From: Podarcis gaigeae
Lineage: Eukaryota
DNA length: 64,000 bases
Reading direction: 5' to 3' (one strand)
NCBI GenBank assembly: GCA_964106915.2
Contig: OZ066914.1
Under the pieces are notes generated by a model, which worked only from the letters and a program-made list of their open reading frames with translations, did not search any database and was not told the origin of the DNA. The translations under genes were made by a program, and so were the position numbers. This document shows, piece after piece, positions 51,278 to 61,300 of the stretch. How positions within the stretch are numbered: the stretch's first letter is position 1; each line of letters opens with the position of its first letter.

Positions 51278-54200
51278 CTGGCAGAAGACAAAACAGGAGA
51301 GGGAGACCCCAGAGTGGACATCTATGGCAGCCCCCTTGGCAGCAGCCCCTCTGGGCAGGTGAAAGGAAGGTCAGGGAACCCCCACAACATGTAGGAGCCT
51401 CCACACCTCAGGGGCATGGGCACATAGACAGCTGTGGCAACAAGAGTTTGATAACCCTTCCCAAACAAAGCCAGTCCTTATCCAAGGATGGTAGCAGCAC
51501 TCAGTAGCAGCAGGGTTGGGGAATCTTCTTCAGCCGGAAGAAAGCCTTCCCTCACAGGCAACCTTCCTGGTGTGGCAAACTAGGGGGCAGCAGGGCCGGA
51601 AGCAAAAGTGGTCAGAGCAGCCGGTGTGACTTATCATTGACTATCTTAGGACTATGTTCCAGCCATACGAAAACCAGAAGTTCTCTCACACACACCCAAA
51701 CAGACACTTGCTACTTCTCCATCCATACAAGCAGAGCACCATCATAGTTTAACAGCACATTCCAGTTAGGCAAAAGCAGGGAGTGGAGCAGTATCTGTGA
51801 TGGGAAAGTCCAGGGAGACCCGACAAGGAGGCCTTGATGGCTGCATTCAGCTCACAGGTCCCCCTCCCCTGCAACCCCACAAAATGCACCCCAGGCAGCT
51901 GTGCCAGCTCACTTACGAGGGTGGGAAGGTGGTCCCAATGCAGTCCCATAGCTTATTAGGGAGACAGCCACCTCCTGGGCTCATCTGGATGGTGCTGACT
52001 TCAGGGGGAGTCGGAGGAAAGAAGATCTGGTCTGTGGGTGGAAGGTTGGAGGGAAGTATTAGGTCCAGCTCCCCCCCCCCCCCTGTCCTTCGGAGGATCA
52101 CCAAAACTGAGTAAGGATGGGGCTCCTCTATTTCTTCCTCCCCAAGCCACCCACACTTCAGTTCACCTTGCTCATTCACGATGCTGGGCTTTTGCACCGA
52201 AGGCACCAGGTTCTCCTGCTCTTCTCCCACAAAATGTCTCCAGAACGAAAGAGGCAGTGCTAAGAGATTGGCAACCACCTGCAGGGGAATGGAATCATGT
52301 TAGCTTTTGTCTGCCGCCTAATCGTGAAAATTCTTCCCTATCTGCCCCACCCGGCCTTCATTAGCTGGTTCTTGCTTATGTTCCACAGAGGTGTTTATCT
52401 GCCCATTGTTTTCACATGGATTCAGTTATCATCATAAATTTATTGACAATGTGGTAGAGATGAGAGCTTGCAAAAACACTCTCACAAGCCAATATTTGAA
52501 ACAAAGCATTCAGAATAATTCTCTGAACTCTGCTACTTGAGATGCAAGAGCTTTAATTAAGTAGCAGTCAGTTACGCCCCATTTGTTACCTTGACTTTTG
52601 ACTTTCTCACTGCAGCTTTCATGCTCTTATGAAATTTTATGGAATAAGGAAGCCATGGCACATAGCAAGGGCTCACTTGCTGAATTTTGCACTGGGCTAA
52701 AATTAGCGTTTCTGGGAATCTCAGCCCCCCCCTACCTTTTAATATAAAAAAGCAAGTTTCTAGCCCGTAAGACAAAAATATAATATTAAAAATCTGTTTA
52801 AAATGCTTGGCAAAGTCTCAGAAGTAAGCAGGATTTCCCACAGTCAGGACTTTGTTCCTGCCTTTGTCACAATTAGCAGAAGCATTTCTCCAAGCTCAGG
52901 GTACCTCCCCACATTCCACTGAGTTCACAAGAGCTACCCTCGTGCAACAAAAATAATCAATCCTCAGTTCCAAACTACATCAGGGTTTTGCTTGATGTAC
53001 AGTCTGAGCATTGTGCAGTCTTTCCTGCAGTCCCACAGAGGGTCAGAAAAAATTAAATACTACACACAAGTAACAAATACAGGTTGCATCTGTTACCAGG
53101 CATTGACGTGGTGTGTCTTCCATGATGATGCGTGGGGAAGGGCTAGGATTACTGTGCCCAACTAGAGTCGGTCCAAAGATACGTGCTAGGTTGTGCCGGT
53201 CCATTTGACACTCAGGGCTCTGCATGACCCTAAGGATAGAGAGATGGATCCATGGAGTCAAAGGCCAAAGGCCAAAGCAGAATCCTTCTAACCCAAAGGT
53301 ACAAAGCTCAGCTATATCCATAACATTCAGGGTGTCCATAACATGGATGGTGGGCATCACAGCAGGGTCAGAAACCACGGTTCATGCAGGCCACACAATG
53401 GGTGAAGCAACCAAGCCCACAAGACAAGACAAATTGCAGGGGACAGGATTAGACAAAACCCCTCATTAGCAGAAAATGTTTTCCTGACACCCCTTGATGC
53501 AACAGATATCCATTATGTTTGTTTCTTTTAAGTGAGAAGTGCATTATCTGATGTAGCAAATAAGTGTCCCAAAACAGGTTTCTGAACAGTTACTGTGGAT
53601 CCAATCAATGAACAGAAAAGAGTAGTGTTCAAACCTATTGTGCAAGACAGGAAAATACCCACAGTAGCAAGTGGTGCAGTCAGCACTTTCAACAAGGATG
53701 GAACAATTGTCAGATACTTATCTGCTTGCCCTTGTACAGAGTAAGAAAATTAAGAAAAGGAAGACCTTTATGGAATGAAATGTAAAGGCCTCTGCCTTTA
53801 CAAATGGGGAAGCAAATTCACAACACTCCTAACATGCAGAAACAGTATTATGTTGTTACAAAGGAAAATACATGGCTTGAACATGCAGTGTCAACTTTTG
53901 CCAAGGCAGAAATCGCCACCAAGTTGAGGGAAAGTTTTGCACATTTTAGAGTCCCAAGTATCCCCTTCAAGCCTAAAATCTGCCCTCACCAGCTTACCTA
54001 TGGAGATGCAGCACCAGAAAAGCCAGAGTGTCCCTATTGGCCAGAGGCAACTTCATCACCACATGACAGAGTGCAGTCTGGCGAGCAGCTTCATCTGGAA
54101 TTTCTGGGTGGGAAGAAAATAGTGCTATGAGGTTGGGGGCGGGGGTTCATTACTACCACTCCAGAAAAGGCACTTTCCACGTACAGCCTTGTCCAAACTC

Positions 54201-55281
54201 ACCTGAAGCACGCAGGAAGGCAGGGTGCAGGGCAAAGGTCACTAGAGGTTCCTTCAGGCTCCTCAGAAAGTCCTTGAGAACCCCGCAGATCACATTGACA
54301 TCAGCCACCTGGTCCAGTGAGGGAAGCGCTCCTCGGGCACAAAGCAGCTTGCGCTTCCATTCTTGAATGAGGTGCTCTGAACCTGGCACTCTGTATAGCC
54401 CAGCCTGCAGATCACGAGGAGGAAAAGACAAGAGGAACAGATGCACACACAAAAGCTTGTATCGGCCACTAAGGTACAGTCCCAGCCGGCACTTCAGGCC
54501 TGGAATCATTAACACTAGTCAGAAGCATCTGCCGGCACCATTTTGTGGCCTTGCCTCTTTCTGCTTTTTAAAGATGTCACGGCCATTTTGTGTAATGCCG
54601 CACCCTCATGGATACTGTAGGACTTGAAATGTGAAAGACAGGGCCTTGGATTGGGCCTGGAAGTATATAATTAACTCCTGTGGCTGGATAAAAACAGGCA
54701 CTGGGTATGCAAGCCCATCTCCCACCACCAGTAAGGAGAGTAGCAGAGGCAGAAAGTTCCAGGCCTAGGGAGAGGGTCAGAACAGGCAACACCAACACAG
54801 GATGTCCAATGAGAAAGCTCAGAGCTTGCAGAATGCAAAGAACGAGGGGACAGATAAGGAGAACAGCAGCAGCAGAGATCAGAAGTAAGATTATGAAGAA
54901 CCTAAAGAGGCTGAGAGGAATTTGGGGAAGAAAAAGGAGCCAGTGAACAGAAATATACAAATATTAAAAATGCATTAGAAAACCAAACAACCAGCCAAGA
55001 TGAAAAAGGAAAAGGAAGAGGATCAGAAGTCAGGAGAAGCAAGTGAACTAAATGCAACGCCTCTATCCCAACACTTAGCATAGGGGAAGTAGGGCAAAAA
55101 GAAAAATATCACAGAAGTTGTGCAGTGACAGAATTAGATGTGGAAATCCAGGTTGATGACAGTTAAGAGTAAACCATTATAAGCTTTGAAGCTGTAGCTA
55201 CTTAAGAAGAAAACCACAGCAATTCAGTAAACCACAAGCAGGACAAGAAGAGTAATGTGGAATGGAAATCTGGTTTAACTG

Positions 55282-55312
<31 letters not shown>

Positions 55313-58300
55313 CATAATAAAACAGCAGCTCAACCAGCCTTTCAGAGCCCCACTGCTGGCCCCCCCCCCCCGCAAATACACTTACCTCCTTCAGGCCACG
55401 CCTTTCCACTTGATTCACACACTGGATGACTAGTGGGGGCACCAGAGGTGGGGTGGAGGGTGCAAAATCTGCCAGAATGCCCTGAGAAGACATGGGGAAC
55501 CTTAGAAGAGGCAACTGGTAGTCGGGGGTATACTGTCTGACAGTGGAGGAAGAACACAGGCATTGTGGCTAGTAGCCATTGATCACGGCTAGTAGCCATC
55601 AATGTGGATTGGGGGGGGAAACAGCTCAGCCACACCTGCCACACACGTCACTCCAGGCACCCGAATTGCTCTTGCCCCTGGCAAAGCCGCCAGCACTGAA
55701 ATAAAAGCCCCACGAGCTCCCATCCCAGGGAAGCCTCCTCACCTCTCTCACTCTGGGGGAGGCAGTCGGCCTGCACACGGACGGGCTGCGTTCTTTGCAC
55801 TCGGGATGCACTACAAGCTGGCAGGGCCGACATTTCAGGGCCATCTTCCCAAAGCGCAAGCGGGATTTGCAAACTGCACACGACTCCAGGCTGATCATCT
55901 TGTAGCCAGTGAAGAGGGAAGAGCATTAGATGAGCACAGCAGATATCAAGAGGAAAAAGACCACAGGCTTCCCATAGCTTACCCCTTTGTACAATATCCC
56001 TCTAGCTTGAATTTGTCCAATGAAGCTCTTGGATTTATTTATTGCATTTATACACTGCCTTTCTGCCAAGGCGGTTGACAGTTTTAAAACATCAAATAAA
56101 TGATACAAAAAGCATAGTTGGCCCAGGGGTAGGTGGGGAGGGGAGAGTCCAAGTGGCACAGGCTCTGGTGCTGCCCCTGCCTGCCCCCTACCCCAATCTC
56201 TTCTTCATGGAGCTTTATTTGTAGGTATATTCCACACCATGTTACTGGCATGATCCTTAGTTCCTTAGTGGTGGATTTGTACTGGAGCACCCACACATCG
56301 TTCCACTTTATCAGCTATCCTGAGATGCTTTCAAAATGTTACTGCATGATTGCCACCAGGGCGAGCACTCTTGGGTAAGACAGAAGCAGAACTTTTGTGG
56401 TATGCAGTGTTACAAGATTTTAACAGGAAGTTATGAGACTTGCACAAAATTGGAAACAAATGCAGACGGTTGGCTTAGGAGAACCCAGTCAACATATCAT
56501 TAAGAGCACTTGAAAGCATCCCAGCAGATAAGCACTCCAGCTGAGGGCGTTGCTGAGAGGCAGCCCTGTTCTTCTTTTCTCACCGTCTTGGAAGTAAAGT
56601 GGTGCTCTTGGAGGGGTGGTGTTCCCTGTGTGGGAGAAGGAGAAAAGGGGTCCTGAACACCCCTCAACTCAGTCCTAATCTTCGTGCCAATGGTGTCACT
56701 CTCAGCCTGGCTATTGCTTCTGCCTGACCCCTCACTGCTGCCCCAGAAGGAAGTGATGTCTGTGGAGAGAAGACCACACATCAGAGACACATTTAAAGGC
56801 ATGGAAACTTTCATCCAGCGTTCAAGCTGGCACCTCCCAGAAGGCACTGTTGGATCTTAGCACTGGTCTACCTACTTCCATCTGCAGGCTCCCATTTGGA
56901 GTATGACACCCTGGGGGTGCAGAAGCCCACAATCAAGAGCTAGTGTGACTGCTCTGTGTGGACAGAGTTGGCCAGGAACCTGGGCTAAGGTGGGGCAGAC
57001 AACTTGCTCAATGCCCTCCAGTGGTCCTGGGCTTGGGAGCATGGTGGCGGTCAACTGTCCAGAGGACAGACAGGTGGGAGAATGGACTCAAAAGTTTGCA
57101 AACCAGACCCCATCTTTAAAGGAGGGGGAGACAAGCCAAATAATCTCCCTGCTCCTCATAAAGCCATTCTTGCTATTCTAGCTCCTATGAATACATACCT
57201 CCACATCTGAGATCACTATTAAACCATTTGGACACACTCAGGGTCTGCCTGCCAGTCTCTTGCACATAACATGGCTCGTGGTTTTGTGGTTCCACCACTC
57301 CTCCTCCTCTAAACCAGCACTGCCTCCTAACATGTTTGGACTGCACACCCTTTCTTCAAAGGAAAGGCATAAGTACCCTGAGCATGTACTGAGTAGATTC
57401 CCCATCCCCACTTACAACTAAGGAAAACGGGATGGCGATGAGGAGCCCAGGCAGAACAGGATTTTTCGTCCCTTCACTGTCCCCAACTCCCTTTACAGCA
57501 TTCTGGAATTTTGGAAACTGAAAAGCTTATTGCAGCATATTCTCTAGTTCTACTACTAAACCTTCTGTCAACACTCATTACCTAGCCATGTCTGCCTTCA
57601 GAACAGGCCAGGCCTTCAGAACAGGCCAGGCCACACCCAAAAAAGAAGGAGGGAAGAGGCACCTGAGCGTGTGGACAGGCAACGGCTCTGCTGGGATCGG
57701 CGACGGGGCACCACAGCAATCGGGGGCAAAACGTGGGCAGTGGCTCCGGATCTCAGAGTCGCCACAGACATCTTATTGGCCTGGCAAGATTGGAGGGGAG
57801 GGGCAGAGAATGATGAATGGCAGTCTGGATCAAACCCCTTTAAATGAAGGATGCAGGATTATTCTCTCTCTCACACACACACGTTCAAAGGAATTTTAAC
57901 CCTAAGAGCTTGCAGAACATAAGGGAAACCCCGTTTTACTTGAAGCTTCATTGCCCTGTTTGATCACGCCATGTATAACACATACCCTGCTGTGCAATCT
58001 ACCACATTGCAGTATCTTTTTATCAGAGCCATTTATTATCAGAGCTGATTTTGCAATGGTGTCAAAGGTTGCAGGCTGGTTCTTCCCTTGTACAGAGGCA
58101 TCACCAGGTACTTACACTTGGAGGCGGAGGTGCCACAGATGTTTGTGCAGATTTGGTTGTTGCCACTGGCTGAATCAGGGGCACGAGGGAGGAGCACTGG
58201 AGGAGAGAAACAGGTGTGAGAGCAACAGGAAGACAGATCCACGTAATTCCGGCTGAGGGAAGAACAGCACAAATTGCTTGCCATTTTTCAGACTATCAAC

Positions 58301-61300
58301 AAGACAGAGCAAAGTAAATGGTGGGATACAGACGAAGACATTTTCAAATATTTGAATGTGTAATTAGAATTGCATATGAGTGAGGAAGATTTATCTCCTC
58401 CTGTCCAGTTGTGGTCTCTGATGAAACAGATGTTTGAGGCAGGCACACAGAAATAATATAGGACGGGTGCTTCAGTTCTGGAATATGTGGCAGCTGAAGG
58501 ACAGGATGCTTCCCAGCCCCACCTTCACTTACCCCTTTGTCTCTGCCTTTGAGGGATTTTATCACTTCCAAATCCTAGAAGAAAACAGAAAAGGAAAGCC
58601 TGAGAAAGGATGTAGACACATTTGTAGCTCATGGGCTACTTAAAATGAAGGCCCACCCTGAGCTTGAGCACATCTTACCACTTCTTCCCATCTCAAGTTT
58701 TGAACTGTGTGTATACATACATACATACATATGCATCATTTTAAAAGCTTCTGCAGATAGCCACCTGTATCAGATTGTATCTACATCCCAGAAGCCTCTT
58801 CAGCATTCACAGTATGCACACATGTTTCAATGCCTATAAGAATCTGTCCGCTTGCTTTCATCAACAACACACATGTATCTTACTAAGGTTCCATATTCTT
58901 GTTTTCTGCAAGAAGCTACCCTAAACCCTGGCATTCTGGCTACAGTCAAACAGAATGCTAGTGTACTTTTAGTTTGTTGCTGGCTTAATTTTATTTTTTA
59001 AAAAAAGTTGTAATTGTTTTTACTTTATTATTTATGTAAAGTATTTTGAGTGTTGTTGTTTTTTACCATCAAGTAGTATACAAATTTTATTAAATAAATA
59101 AAATAAGTACAGAGTTGCCTGCAATCTGCATTAGGAGGTGTGCCTGCCTCCATCATAATTAACTTTCCAGAGGAATTTGTAAACATCCCTGTTTATCCAG
59201 GCATTTGGGGGATGAGGAATAGTTCCTGGCCACCCCACGACCATTGGATGGAAGATGTAATTGCTTTTAGAACGTTTTGAACTGAAGCTGTGTTCATATG
59301 TTTTTAACCGTTTTAGAATGTTTTTGCTTAATTTTAAAGTTGTGTATCTGTTTGTTGACCTGGGGAGGAAGAGCGAGATATTAATGCAATAAGAAATACG
59401 CAAATAAACAATGCAACTAAATTACATCTGTCACGGTATCTGGTCTCCAAATAATCTGTGCTCTCATTAGAACAAGGTGTCCATTTCTCCCCCCAAAACA
59501 GCAAATAAATGTTCGAACCTATGAAGGGTGTTGACAACTTGCTTTACACAAATACGCACCAGTTAGGTCAAAGGCTGGTTTAGTCCTGCTCCTCCTCACA
59601 TAGTTTAGTCTTTTTAAAAACAGCAAAGCTATTTTGCTTTCCCTTGTTGTTGCTAGAATAGTTGCAAGACTACTCTGGAAATCTGGGGAGAAGGGGGAAG
59701 GTATGATGGTGCTGCAATACATGCACTTTGCAATAGGTGCTCCCCACAGCTAGCTTTCCCTAGTTCAAACCAAATTCTATTAAAATGTTGCATAACTGGT
59801 TCTCTCCCCATAGAATAGAAATTTTTACTGTTTTGGGCATACAAGTGCCACAAGGGTGCTTTCAAACTGTTGCTCTTAATATGTCACATGCATCTTCTCC
59901 CTTCGGTGACCAAGCATAATTCCCCCTGAAAGAGTACCATATTTTTTTCGTGTATAACATGCTCCAGTGTATAAGACGCCCCCTATTTTGGGGGACTCAA
60001 AATTAAGAAAATTGGAGGGAGATTGACAAGGGTTGTTAAGCTCTTTTGGGGGGGGAACTGCCCAGAATTGCGCATACACTGACAATCTACCCAATTGCCA
60101 CTGCGACAGTCAATCGCCAAAAAAACTCACCACAACCACCAATCAGACGCCCTATTGTCACTGAGAAACTCCAACTCATGACAGCAGCCAATCACACGTC
60201 CCCTCCTCGGCACTACTCATGTATAAGATGAGCCAAGATTTTTAATATAATTTTTAAAGTAAAAAAAACCCTCGTCTAACACACGGGAAAGTGTGATACT
60301 TTGTTTCAAACCAACTCCCTTCCACATATATTGCCTCTGTTCATATTGATGTGTATCTCTGAAAACATACACTAACATACAGGGCCTGTTGCAGTAGTAT
60401 GTGTGGCACCATCAATTTCAAGTGTGAAGTCTTGGCTTCTGCTCCTGTAGAGCGCAGAGATCTCAGTCCACAGTAAGCACAAGAGTCTGACTGTGTCCTG
60501 GAGCTTTCAGTTCTGACCTGGCAAGCCTGGGAGGAAGGGATGCTTACTTACCACTTCGTCATCCGAGTGATCAAAGCTGATGTCAGATATGATTGAGGCC
60601 CCAAGTCCTTCCACTGCAGATGGCCTACAGAGAAGAGTAACACAGGGGCTGTATCACAAATAACAGCCTCATATCACGCCTGTCTCTCCCACTCTTGCTA
60701 TATAGCTCAGTTCTTCTAATCCAGTATCTTCTCCAAACACCCATCATTTAAAAAAAAAATTTAAATGTGGGGATACAATTGTGGGAAAGCTACATTTTCT
60801 TTTCATTCAGTCCCTTTCTTTGCAAGGACCCCATGATGAAAGTGAGACAGTGGTGGTGAAAGAAACATTACTGCTATTTAATCAAGTTTATTGTTCATTG
60901 CTATTTAATCAAGTTTATTGTAAGTTTATCATTCTAGCCCAAAGCCATGACAAGTTGTAATTACACTTGCTGTGTTGTTCTGGCATTGTGGGTTTGCATA
61001 TAAACTAGTCGCCTATCATGATTGTTATTTTCGGTATGCATGTCAAGGGGCCCCTTCAGACCTGTAGAATTGGCACTTGGTTTTTTTATACTACAGTGGT
61101 ACCTGGGGTTACATACGCTTCAGGTTACACACTCCACTAACCCAGAAATAGTACCTCAGGTTAAGAACTTTGCTTCAGGATGAGGACAGAAATCGTGCTC
61201 CGGCGGTGCAGCGGCAGGATGCCCCATTAGCTAAAGTGGTGCTTCAGGTTAAGGATAGTTTCAGGTTAAGTATGGAACTCCGGAACGAATTAAGTACTTA

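Noticed and set aside
56872-57054. Exon-like minus-strand ORF with an acceptor inside the RACGAP1-like gene
   Set aside because: The required phase-1 entry hits a stop codon; the flanking exons already join in frame.
59560-59609. Exon-like minus-strand segment (aag|ACTAAAC...CTG|gtgcgt)
   Set aside because: Phase-0 entry gives TAA; exon 58533-58574 fills this position better.
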